64,000 nucleotides of DNA from Lama guanicoe (taxonomy: Eukaryota). A program made the translations under genes and the position numbers. Shown here one piece after another: positions 1 through 11,050 of this stretch. The notes beneath the pieces were generated by a model. That model ran no database searches. It was given only the letters and a program-made list of their open reading frames with translations, and had not been told where the DNA came from. Location of the stretch: positions 10,013,186 through 10,077,185 of the forward strand of contig MU054323.1 in assembly GCA_013239625.1 (NCBI GenBank). The letters are read 5' to 3'. Position 1 is the first letter of the stretch. Each line of letters starts with the position of its first letter.

Positions 1-519
1 CTATTATGGAAGTTCCTCTAGTAGTAAACCCCTTTGAAAGATAAATATTTAAAAGTATTAAAGAGAAAGGGGAATCTGGATTTTGAAACCTGAAAAGACT
101 CTCCTTTCCCAACCTTTTCCTATAGATGAAGCATGTGGGTGGAGTTGAAAGACCTGCCAGAATTTGGAATATTTTGCTCTGGCTCCCTTTCTATATCCTG
201 GGCTGGAGACTGGGTTTCACCCTTACAGTGTTTTGACTTATGCATTCATTATACGATCTTTTGATTGGCTTAGAATTTTATTCTTAAAAAATGACACTTA
301 ATTTTAAAAGGTTTATTGCCTTCTTTTTGAAGAATGTACTTACCTGGTAGCCATAAGACATAATGTAACATTCTTCATTTAGTCCCTCAGAACTTTATTT
401 GCTAAAATTTAGTTGGTACTTTATTGCCTGGTTTTTAAGGTAATTTTTAATGACAATTTTCCCTATAGTGTTCTTAGTTCCTGAGTATGCTTATTTACAT
501 TTCTTTTATTTTCTCACAG

Positions 520-606
520 AAAGTACTTCAGACTAAGAATTTAAACCTAATAAAGAGAACTGTATTAAGGATGCCCCTGCATGCTGTTATTCCATTATTG
601 CAAGAG
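520..606 (+). CDS. WDR43: WDR43 internal coding exon ([29 protein letters not shown]), Utp12-like C-terminal domain
   Basis: ttctcacAG acceptor, GAG|GTAACT donor, 87 nt phase 0-0; peptide matches recalled mammalian WDR43. Confidence 0.95.
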
Positions 607-782
607 GTAACTGAGTATGCTTTTTTTTCAAGGTCCTAATGCTATGAATCAAAGAGACAATCCAGTGTTAAGAGAAAGGGATTTGCAGTATGTAAGCAAG
701 CAGGGTAGTTAGAGTGGATGATAGGTGATTGATAGATCTACTTAAACAAAATTTGCCTAACCTAGATTTTTTTTTCCTATGT

Positions 783-1025
783 ATTTTAAAAATTGAGATA
801 TAATTTACATACCATGAAATTTACCCTTTGTGTACCCTTTAAAACTGTACACTTTAAAAATGTACAGTTCAGTGCTTTATAGTATATTACAGATTGTGCA
901 ACTGCCACACCAAGAAGAAACTGAGTACGCATTAGTCACTCCCCATTTTTCCTTACCCCCAGTTTCTTGCAATCACTAGTCTATTTTCTGTGTTTGTGTC
1001 TATTCTGGACATTCATTCATACAAA
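783..1025 (-). mobile_element. Old L1 (L1M-type) 3' end fragment
   Basis: aattgagatataatttacatacc...gtacagttcagtg...ttgtgcaac typical of antisense L1M 3'UTR. Confidence 0.65.
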
Positions 1026-1246
1026 TCCTAGCCTAGGTTTTTATCAGGCAATTACTTTTATTGTGGGAATGTACTCCCAGATTATGTTAAATTGGCCGAA
1101 CGTTTAGGAATTAGGAAATTTAGTAATAATGATTTCCTAATTCATTCATTCTTTTTCTTTGTTGTTATGGATGTATGTATTGTGGGAATTGATGGAGATT
1201 GGCTGCCTCTGAAGTGCTATGCTAATAATGTTTTTCTCCCCCTCAG

Positions 1247-1278
1247 CTTACAAAGAGATTACAAGGTCATCCTAATAG
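1247..1278 (+). CDS. WDR43: WDR43 coding exon (LTKRLQGHPN-S)
   Basis: ctccccctcAG acceptor, AG|GTAAGA donor, 32 nt; continues frame of previous exon. Confidence 0.95.
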
Positions 1279-1884
1279 GTAAGATGTTTAGATGACTTAA
1301 ATTACTTTGATTTTATAAATATTTTAAATGTGGTTATGTAAAAACAGCAGTGTATGGCAGCATGATGTTATATAGTAGGTAGCCCAAATTCTAACTAATA
1401 AAACTCTTTTTAAAGGTGTCAGATACTGCTCTCCACGCTTGTTTTTAATTGAATGGTTATTATTTCTAAGTGTTTTTTGCTTTCTTTTAGAGAACTCTAG
1501 ACTTCTGAGCTTTATTATCAGGTCATTTAATGGGTTAGTCTTATTAATGATTTAGTCCTAATCATGATGTGTAAAATGACTATTTGTAGAACTTGATCCA
1601 ATCTCCAGTAGTTGCTAAGACACTAAGGAAATATTTTATATGACTAAATTTTGTGGGTCTTTTTTGTTAACTTTATGATTAAATATTTAAATAGGGTATA
1701 TATCTCAAAGATCTAAGCTTGTACTGCAGTATTATCAATGTCTATAATATAGTTTTGTTTTGTTTTGTTTTGTTTTTTTCTAAGTTTTTTCCCCCCTGAT
1801 ATGCTCCATTACCCTTTGGAGCTCACAATGGAAAGCTTAAAGAATTCACTAATTATGCCTGACATGCACATTTTTGGTCTATAC

Positions 1885-1889
<5 letters not shown>

Positions 1890-1932
<43 letters not shown>
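1890..1932. repeat. Poly-T tract (~43 nt)
   Basis: Direct read. Confidence 0.95.
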
Positions 1933-1935
<3 letters not shown>

Positions 1936-2139
1936 CTTTTAATGTTGGTGTGGAAACCTTTTGCTATTTGGACCTGACAGTGAGTAGCTGGTGGGCTCAA
2001 ATATCATGAGCATAAAAAATGCAAAGCTCAGTTTACTGCCTTGATTATAGCCAGTTACAAAGTAAAGCATGGGTTTTGTATCTGGAGTTGAATTATTTTA
2101 GAGGAAGGAATTTTTGTCCTATTTTCTAGTCCATCCTAT

Positions 2140-2165
2140 CCCCCCCCCCCCCCCCACCCCCCCCC
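2140..2165. repeat. Poly-C tract C16-A-C9
   Basis: Direct read. Confidence 0.9.
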
Positions 2166-2382
2166 AAGAGATTTTTATTTTACACAGACCTCAGCTAGAC
2201 CCAGTGAAAGAATGAGAGGACTGACATGGTCACAGTTGTTTATTTATTAGAGTCATTTTCTGGTCTTTTGTTTGCCTATATGGATTTTTCTAACTTCAAC
2301 TCCATTCAAATTTTAAATTTTAACTCCATTTAATTTTGAATTTGCATATTAGTTTATTTGTATTTTTTCTTTTTTTTTTCAG

Positions 2383-2446
2383 TGCTGTTTTAATGGTTCA
2401 GTGGCTAAAATGTGTGTTAACGGTCCACGCATCCTACTTATCCACA
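2383..2446 (+). CDS. WDR43: WDR43 coding exon (AVLMVQWLKCVLTVHASYLST)
   Basis: poly-T acceptor, ACA|GTGAGT donor, 64 nt; 32+64 nt restores phase 0. Confidence 0.95.
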
Positions 2447-4360
2447 GTGAGTCTTTTCAGCTATAGTTGCTGAATAGTTTGGCTTTGATAAGGATTAAAA
2501 ACTGATGGCTTAACAAAAGAATTTTCTCTCCACCTGTCCTTCAACCATCAGCTGCTGCTGTTGAAGATTTTGTTTTTCCCAGGTGTAATTTCATATTGTC
2601 ATCATTGCTGCCTTTTATAAACTGGTCTGTTTTGGGCCCATATTTTAAAAGTAATATGTATTCGATAGAGAAACTTGAAAAATACAGAAAGGAGAAAAGT
2701 TACATATTAGCCTTTAGATGCTTTTCTATATACATAACCTGTTTAGCAAACTTTTCTTTACATTGTGTGTGTATCTATCATCTTCTAAAAACTTAGTAGC
2801 TTTTAAAAGTTTGTATCTGTGCTAACATGTCTGTCTTACCTTGTCTCAGGAGGATAAACGGTAGCGTGTGATAAAAATGAAATAAATTAAGTATTTAATA
2901 CTTGACATTTTGCTGGGACTACTGTCAGCTCTTGATTGATTATCTATGCAGATGGAACATAAAATCTTAAAAGAATACCAGAAAAAAAGTTTTATATGTC
3001 ACAATATGGGTTGGAAAATTACCACATCATTAATTACGCTGTAGTTTAAGCTAGAATAAAATTCACAATTTTTTTTTCTTTTATTTGATTATCTAGCACC
3101 TTACAGTAGATTTTCTTCAAAGATTTTAGTGGATAGTTGAAAATTTTTCATTTACTTTTAAAATTACTAGCTCTGCTTTTCTTAACACAGTTTCACCCAG
3201 TTCTTGCCTGGGCACTGTCCCTTGTTCTCTGTGTCAGGCTCTTGTTTCTTCAGTAGTTTGAAACAGGGAAAACTATTAACGGGTTATTTAATAGTTCGGC
3301 AGTTCATTCTTTGCATGTCTGTGGAGATCTCTGTCAGAAGGTTAGACTGGCGGAAGAGACAAGGAGCACTAAGAATGGATGTTGGGTTTCTCAGCTTACA
3401 GAAATCTTGGAAGATCAATTGGGGGTTTGGGCCGAGAGGCATGGTGATGGGCACGGACACACCACCACCAGCGTCAGATCCTGGAACTCTGACTGATAAC
3501 AGGACGACACTCACTTTGTGGCCCCATTGACTAGGATTTGTAGTGAAATCCCTTCTGGAATCAACCCCTGAGGTACAACTGTTGGAGCAGTAGCTGTGTG
3601 ACATTCTAGGTCAGGGCAGAATAGACCGTGGAAGTACAGCAGAGGGTGGACAGTTTTTGCTCCTCAGAAAACAAGTGCTTTTCCTCCCCCTTTCCTTTGT
3701 TTCTTCCTTCCTTATCAGAAATCTTTAAGTACCTTCTCTAAGTCAAGGACTGTGCTAGGCATGGGGGCTTTAGTCATGTACAGGAGACTCTCATTTGTAC
3801 TGTTCCTGCTTTAATTTCTGAAATATGGCTCAGGGTTTCTTAACAGGAAATATGTTTGAAGTATGATGAGGTCAGCTTTGATTGCTGTCATTCTGTCTCT
3901 GGAAGCTATGAAAAGCTTCCTCTGGCTTGCTGGGACCTAATGGTAGAGGTAATAATGCAGTATCATCAGAGTACGTTTCCGAGTGAAGCCCCCTTTAGTC
4001 CAGAAGTATGTGATTGGGGTACCTTCTATTTAGTGTCTCCTTTATAATGACCGTCTCTAAAGTAATATGATCAACACAAAGACATCCTACCCTATGGTTT
4101 GTCCGTCCTGACTTGCATTTCCTCCTTCTGACCATGTATCATTTTTTTTTAATGTATAATTTTTTGCTATTAGGACATTGAAGACCTGAAAATTTGAGGT
4201 GTTGCTGGGCTATGTGACAGGCAGCCACTGGCGCTGGAAGTGGAGGCAGATGCTTGTGGTGCAGGGCTGGATACTCAGGCAGTCTCATCATGATTTGTAT
4301 ATTTGTTATCTGTAATTTGTACTAGTATCAGAGTAATTTTTTTTTATGTTTGTTCCCTAG

Positions 4361-4474
4361 TTGCCTGACCTGGTACCCCAGCTGGGGACACTATACCAGT
4401 TAATGGAAAGCAGAGTAAAAACTTTTCAGAAACTCTCCCACCTTCATGGAAAGCTCATCCTTCTAATTACGCAG
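4361..4474 (+). CDS. WDR43: WDR43 coding exon ([38 protein letters not shown])
   Basis: ttccctAG acceptor, CAG|GTGAGT donor, 114 nt. Confidence 0.96.
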
Positions 4475-4925
4475 GTGAGTAAATCATAATGTTTTGTGCT
4501 AAATTTTGAATGTGATCGGAATGGAGAGAGGAATGGCATTGTTTACCTGAATGTTGAAAGCTCCCTGTTTCAGTAAAAAAAATGGCAAATCAGGATCCAG
4601 TCTGTAACTGGGAAATGTTATTTATTTGATAGTAAGTAGACTTGGTTGTACCTGTTTCAGCTTTTCTCACATGTTCTCACCATCATATTTCCGTTGTTAA
4701 TACAGTTAGGATGGTTGTGGAACTGTGAGCAAGTCACAGGGTATTTCTGCAGTTTTTTGTCACAGAAAGAATTTCGATTACCTAAAAAGTTTTTTCAACT
4801 TTTACAGAATAATTCTTTCTTTCTTCTGTTTGACAGATTTGCCTTTTACCCTGTACTTGATCTACATCGTATTGAGGTCATCCATCATAGTGGATGAGGG
4901 CGAGTTTACTGTTGCGGAAGGACTA

Positions 4926-5030
4926 GGGAGGGTATATATAGCTCAAGCGGTAGAGCACATGCTTAGCATACATGTGCTCTAAGAGTAAACAAATAAATCT
5001 AATTACCTCCCCCTGCCAGTAAAAAGAAAA
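4926..5030 (+). mobile_element. tRNA-derived (camelid-type) SINE with internal deletion
   Basis: gggagggtatatatagctcaagcggtagagcacatgcttagcat head and aaataaatctaattacctcccc tail; same family as copies at 16.6 and 20.1 kb. Confidence 0.8.
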
Positions 5031-5104
5031 GATATTCCAAGCAAATTATTTAAAAAAATAAATAAATACACTCTACTTCATGATAGCACCTGGTTGTCTT
5101 TCAG

Positions 5105-5174
5105 GTTACAGCATCAGAAAAAGCAAAGGGAACGACTTGTCCTGCACAGAAGGCAAAGTTGGTGTATGAAGAAG
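5105..5174 (+). CDS. WDR43: WDR43 coding exon (VTASEKAKGTTCPAQKAKLVYEE)
   Basis: gtctttcAG acceptor, AAG|GTAAAG donor, 70 nt ending in phase 1. Confidence 0.95.
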
Positions 5175-5329
5175 GTAAAGCTTGGGGGATAGGCTAAACA
5201 TTTAGTTTTTGACATTGACTCAGTTCTGTGACTTTGTAAAAACATGACTCAGTTCTATGACTTTTGTAAACATCGCTGTAAGGTCTTGCTTTGACATACC
5301 TTCTCTGATGAAATGGGCAAGCCTGTAGT

Positions 5330-6390
5330 AAAACTGGCAAAGATACAATCAAATAAAAGAGAAGGCACAAGTATAATACAGTAACAAAAAAAGGACATAA
5401 GCTATGGAAGAGATTTAAATAGAACATTATGAACGAACTTTGTCAATACATTAAACTCTTAGATGATGTAGGTAATTTCTTGGGACACATCAATGACCAA
5501 AGTTAACTTAAAAAGAAATAGAAACCCCGAACAAGCTAATCGCTCTAAATTGATTTAATCAAAAATCTTTCTCCACAGGGTGCCAGACAGAGGTTTTGTA
5601 AGTGACTTTTATCAATCTTTTGAGGAACATGTTATTTTTGTCATCTACAAATAATTTAGGCATTTTGTGAGTCAAGACCAGACAAGGATAGTCAAGAACA
5701 TTTTAGGCCATCCTCAAATATCCTAGGTAGCAGATTGATTACGGAAAGTGCTTAAGTAAAATAATATGTCATTACCAAGTAGAATTTTTTTAAAGATTGT
5801 GATATGATTTGGCATCAAGAACTCTTAATGTAGTTATCACATTAATAGATCGCTATGAACACTATGTATTATTTTAATAGATATAGAAAAATAAAAAAAT
5901 ACAGTCTTCATGTATCTCATTATTTGATAATCTGAGCAATCCAGGAATTTAAGGGAATTTCCTTAAACCTGTATCAAACATGAAGTTTAGAAGCATTCCC
6001 ATAAAGTCAGGAATAAGACTTTTATTGCTTTGGGATATTCTGCCTTGTACTGTATGAAAGAAATGAATTCTAGAACATTAGGCACTGCTTGTAATTATTC
6101 CTCTCCACATAGAAAATACAGCAGAATCTACAGTCACACCATTGTTGATATGTGGATAAGCAAGTTTACTGGATACCAAGATCTAGCAAAAGGGATTCAG
6201 TAGCATTATTATGTCCCATTAATGTGTTATATGTTCACAATGTCCCAGTCAGAAAATGTATTAGGAGTAAAGATCTCATTCATGCAGCAACCACAACTAT
6301 GAATTACCTAGAAATACCTCTAAAAAATGAAACAAAACTTTTATAAAGAAAACATAAAACAACTGAAGAACAAAAAAGCATACCTGAATT
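5330..6390 (+). mobile_element. Highly decayed L1 ORF2-region fragment
   Basis: A-rich sense sequence with L1-like segments (ttagaagcattcccataaagtcaggaataaga; tacctagaaatacctctaaaa). Confidence 0.5.
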
Positions 6391-6413
6391 AATTAATTAT
6401 ACTTTATGTGAAG

Positions 6414-7211
6414 TTTTTTTCCTGGTTTTATTGAGTTATAATTGACATATAACATTGTATTCGTTTTAGGGGTACAATATAATGATTCTGTGTGTATATA
6501 TTGTGAAATGATTGTCACATTGTTTAGTTAACATTCATCACCACACATAGTTATAAATTTCTTTTCTTGTGATGAGAACTTAAAAGATTTACTCTCTCAG
6601 CAACTCTTAAGTATACAATACAGTATTGCTGACTGTGGTCACCATGGTGTGTATTACATCCCCAAGACTTCTCTTAAAATTAGAAGTTTGTTTCTTTTGA
6701 CCTTCACCCATTTCCTCCACTCCTGTCTGCCTCTTCCAGCTACTATCAATCTGTTCTCTGTATCTGTGAGTCAGGTTTTTATAGATTCTACATATAAGTG
6801 AAATAGTGTAGTATTTATCTTTTTCTATCTGACTTGTTTCACATAGTACAGGGCCCTCAAGTTCCATCCATGTTGCAAATGGCAAGATTTCCTGTTATTT
6901 CATGGCAGCATAATAATCCATTTTATTTGTGTGTGCGTGACATTTTCTTTTTTCACTGATCTGTTAATGGGCACTTGGGTTATTTCCGTATCTTGGCTGT
7001 GGTAAATAATGCTGCAGTGAACACTGTGTTTCCGGTGCATCTGAGATCCTGATTTCATTTCCTTTGATACATGCTTAGAAGTGGAATTGGTGAATCATAT
7101 GGTAGTTCCATTTTTCATTTCTTGAGGAGCCTCCATACTGTTTGCCATAGTGGCTGAACCAGTTTACATTCCCATCACCAGTGCACAGGGATTCTTTTTC
7201 TCCACATCCTG
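6414..7211 (-). mobile_element. L1 3' fragment (end of ORF2 plus 3'UTR)
   Basis: Minus-strand translation PFATWMELEG...SQIEKDKY matches the L1 ORF2 C-terminal motif. Confidence 0.88.
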
Positions 7212-7459
7212 GGCTTAGTTTTTTTCAGATGGGATTTTTGTTAGGGCTTTGATACTTTGTCTTGTTCAATAAGATATTGATGGGATAATAACGTGTTTTA
7301 ATGCAGGTAAAATACTAACTTAATGTTCCTTCTTAGATGGATGATAGCTGAATGTATTTCTAAAAGTAAATTCAGGAGTCTGATTCTGTTTAGCTTTCAG
7401 AGCTATGCTCTCTGCTTTGATCACAAAATTTAAGCTGGAATCCCCCCCCCCCTTTACAG

Positions 7460-7509
7460 AATCTTCTGAAGAGGAGTCTGATGATGAAATAGCAGATAAG
7501 GATTCTGAT
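7460..7509 (+). CDS. WDR43: WDR43 penultimate coding exon (ESSEEESDDEIADKDSD)
   Basis: cctttacAG acceptor, GAT|GTGAGT donor, 50 nt phase 1-0. Confidence 0.93.
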
Positions 7510-7611
7510 GTGAGTAATTTGTTTCCTGGTACATGAATCTACCTTAGTATCCTTGTACTTTGTAAGACCTGGGCCTTCATGCGTGCTTTCCTTGCTTAAT
7601 ATTTCTACCAG

Positions 7612-7803
7612 GATAATTGGGATGAAGATGAGGAAGAGAAAGAAAGTGAAAAAGGTGAGGATGTTGATGAAGAGAATGAAGAGGAAGATGAGGATACTGA
7701 AGAAAAAGATGAAGAAAATGGTGAGGATGGAGATGTGGCAAGTGAAAAGGAATTAAATGGAGACTCTGATTTAGATCCCGAAAATGAAAGTGAAGAAGAA
7801 TGA
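7612..7803 (+). CDS. WDR43: WDR43 last coding exon, acidic tail (DNWDEDEEE...[11 protein letters not shown])
   Basis: ttctaccAG acceptor; 63 codons then TGA at 7801-7803; matches recalled WDR43 C-terminus. Confidence 0.96.
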   Translation, partial: DNWDEDEEEKESEKGEDVDEENEEEDEDTEEKDEENGEDGDVASEKELNGDSDLDPENESEEE

Positions 7804-8007
7804 AGACAGAAGAAAAAGCCAATTGAACTATTTAAACTGGCTCACCTTACCCACTGCTGCCGAGTTCTCCTGGAGAGGGTTGTCTCTGTGACAGGTGCCA
7901 AGGACCGCTGCGCATTTCCAAATTCCTAATGGTGGCTCCCATGCCACCTTGCTGTCCTGAGCACCCCAGACCTAACTGTGTAAATAAGAGAGTTTCATTC
8001 AAATGTT

Positions 8008-8013
8008 AATAAA
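8008..8013 (+). terminator. Candidate proximal polyadenylation signal of WDR43
   Basis: AATAAA ~205 nt after the stop, preceded by TGTA (7979). Confidence 0.5.
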
Positions 8014-9205
8014 CTTTACACAGTAAATAGACACATTTTCTGCAATGTACTGACATGAGTGTCCAATATATGGTATATTTTTATAATATCCTAGTATGAT
8101 TGGTTATGGCCAAGAATTTTTGATGTAAGTGAAGGTAAAGACATTTCCCTTGTTAGGGGTTCAAGAACTGGACTTTGTGAAGGAGTCAGCTCTTATCTCA
8201 GGTTGGTATCTTTCATCACATCCTGATGTGAAGCAGCATGAGTGAAAAAATTTTTAATTTGGTACATTTTCATAAAATATGAAGGGATGACTAAAAACTG
8301 GAGTAAAAATGATTGTGATAAAAAAATAAAATCACTGGTATCCCTGGCTTCTCTGACTGTGGTAATCTGATTTGAGTCAGATTGAATATTTGGAGTGCTT
8401 CCCCAAAACAACCACTTATTTTTTAAGCTGTCATGTGAAATATTTTTTTAAAACACAAACAATTATGGTAATTAAAAAAACTAAATAATTAGCCATATTA
8501 AGGATTTTTCTTGACTGCAAGTTGCCTGTAAAGAATCATCAGTGTATAGATTTAGAAGTGCTCATTACCTGCAACTTTTTAAAAGATTCAGTTATAGCTG
8601 CTTTTGAAGAGGTTTTCATTTTTATTTAAATTACTAATGGATCAAAGAACAATTGTTTATTTTTTTTCTCTTTGGTTTTAGATATTAATGATAACCCTAT
8701 TGGAATTTTTTTCCAAAGAAAATATTTTTATAATTCAGTAATTTAATGTGTTCTTTCCTTTTCATTACCTACTCTTGGCAGTGTTTAGGGTATGTTTACC
8801 TTTAAAATAAATCCAACTCAAGATTTTTTATGTGTGTATAAATAAGTATTTTGGTGTGCTACAAAAGCCTTTTCCAATTATCAGTGGGTTTTTTTTTTTT
8901 TTTTTTTAAGAATAAGTCAGTATTTGTTTAGTGCTCTCTAGGGAACATGCAGATGGAAGCTCAGCTCTAAGAAAGGGCTGGGGAGACTGGTTTATTTTTC
9001 CCACCTGTGAATATGTAAAACAAAAAACATTATCTCTGAGGGATTTTTAACATCAGTAGCAGACAAGATTTCCACACTCAACTAAGAGCTGGAGCCATAT
9101 AAGCATCTTGGGAAAGTTAGGCCAGCTACTGGTGTAATGTACAGTTATATTTGTCTATAAATGGGGCTGTTTATGGCAATTTAATACCATTCTCTTTGTA
9201 AAGTG

Positions 9206-9211
9206 AATAAA
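9206..9211 (+). terminator. Candidate distal polyadenylation signal of WDR43
   Basis: AATAAA with upstream TGTA and downstream gtgcttgtcttgtggt GT-rich element. Confidence 0.7.
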
Positions 9212-10187
9212 TACTCATCTTTACCCTGTGCTTGTCTTGTGGTATATGTAGAGAAACACAGCCACACATTTGGGCTCGTGGTGTGAAGGTTTTAAAAAAG
9301 TAATCTTACTTGACTAGCATTAATCGGTAAATGCTTTCAGGGCTTGTTGGATAATCTAGAATTTGTAGCAAAGTGAAGGAGCCAAGAACTTTGTTAGAGC
9401 CTAGTGGTGGTTTCTTGGTGCAGTCCCACCTGGCTGGGCCGTGCCGCCACAGCGCAGGGCTGCAGGGACAGTCATCAAGGTGCACAGGCTCATGCCTCAG
9501 ACCCTGGTCTGGGGTCTGAGATTTTCCCTGCATCCGACTCTACCTCTTCAGTGTAGTAATTGCTTACTAGTTATTTTTAAGACAATTCCAGAGTTAAATT
9601 AAAATTAGGCTTGTTAAAAAGAATATTTTCTAGTTTCAGGATATTCCACTCCTAATCCAGACAACAAAGTTTTGGGTGTATGTTGTTGTCTTTTTTTGGA
9701 GATTTTTCCTCCCAGCTATTTTATTTTGAAAAATTAACCCTCCTTCCATGATCAAGTCAAGGATCACATATTATATTTGGTTGTCATTGCTTTATTAATC
9801 CAGAATATTTCCTTCCCCCATGTGTGTTCCATGATTTTGATATTTAAATAGGTCCACATAGTATGAATTAAACTGTATTGCAGACTGTTCTACAGTACAT
9901 GTTTGTTTCCTTATGATTAGATCTCTGATTTAAATGTTTTTGACAAGAGTACTAAATAAGTGGTGGTATTTGAGGTTAATTTGTAAAAATGAATTCTTTG
10001 GGGTAAGTGTATTAGTATGTTTTGATGTAAGCAGATGTCAAGGCTTTAGGTTTGGGACTTGTAACCTTAGTGCAGAGGGATGTTTGAGGGTCAGAAATGG
10101 GATCCAAGTAGTGAGATCATTGGGTACATTGATGCTGTCTGTTTAAGGTTATTATAATTTTTGTGGAAGTTAATTCTCAACATTGTA

Positions 10188-11050
10188 CATTCATTTAGCA
10201 AATATGTATTGATTGCCTACTCTCTTCCAGGGATTATTTAGTTGCTTGGTACATCACTGAATAACAGTGAATGACAGTGAATAACTGAATAATAAGGAGC
10301 TGACATTCTACTAGAGAGAAGTAGGCAGTAATCAATGTATAATGAGTAAGTAAATTCTGTGTAGTATGTTAAAAGATCGTGACTGTTATTGGGGGGGACA
10401 ATAAAGCAGTTGGGAGTTGGGATGGGAGAATGCAGTTGCAGAATTAAATGTATGATCAGGGCAGGGTTTGTTGAGAAGATGAGATTTGAACAAAGACTAG
10501 GAGGAAGTGAGGAAGTTAGCTAAGAGGGTATCTGCGGAAGAATGTTCTAGGCAGAGGAAAGGGCATGAACAAAGGCCAGCACAAGTCTGGTATGTTGAAA
10601 CCTGGAGAGGAAACCAGTGTGACTGGAATGGAGGGAGAAAGAGAGAGTGTATGTGAGAGGTGATAGAGACTTAGACCAGGGTGTTAGTAATGGAGTTGGT
10701 GAGAACTGGTTGGTTTCTGGGATTGTTTTGAATTTAGAGCTAATGGGATTTCTATGAGGTGTGAGAAAAGGGGAGGAAGAAGTCAAGTATGACTTGGCTA
10801 GAGCACCAGGATGATGCTGTGGGTGGAGCAGCTTTGAGACGGGAGTCAGGAATTGCACTTGACCTGTTAGGTTATAGATATCCATTAGGAATGCAAATCC
10901 ATCCCCAGTTGATTTGGGGGGCAAGTTTGGGGTGGAGGTAGAGCCCTGTAAGTGTTATTAAGCCACAGGACTGGGTGAGCTTCTCAAGGGAGTAAACTGT
11001 GCATAGGAGGATCACCCAGGTCTGGCTCCAGCATCAGAGTCAGAGATGGG
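10188..11050 (-). mobile_element. L2 fragment
   Basis: cattcatttagcaaatatgtattgattgcctac is the reverse complement of an L2 3' end, followed by a purine-rich L2 body. Confidence 0.6.

Larger units (their letters stand above)
7804..9230 (+). other. WDR43: WDR43 3'UTR (end approximate)
   Basis: AT-rich sequence after the stop, no recognisable interspersed repeat; AATAAA at 9206-9211 followed by a GT-rich element. Confidence 0.7.

Noticed and set aside
1765..2000. Poly-Phe and poly-Lys ORFs
   Set aside because: Artefacts of the poly-T tract
3204..3604. Three overlapping ORFs in a more GC-rich intronic patch
   Set aside because: No recognisable protein similarity and no convincing splice-site pair
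3863..3990. Possible C/D-box snoRNA (WDR43 is a known host of SNORD53/SNORD92); ATGATGA at 3863
   Set aside because: No CTGA D box with a terminal stem at a suitable distance and no resemblance to those snoRNAs; they probably lie in introns upstream of this window
7553..7822. Lys/Met/Arg-rich ORF (+) and His/Leu-rich ORF (-)
   Set aside because: Alternative-frame and antisense shadows of the low-complexity acidic WDR43 exon
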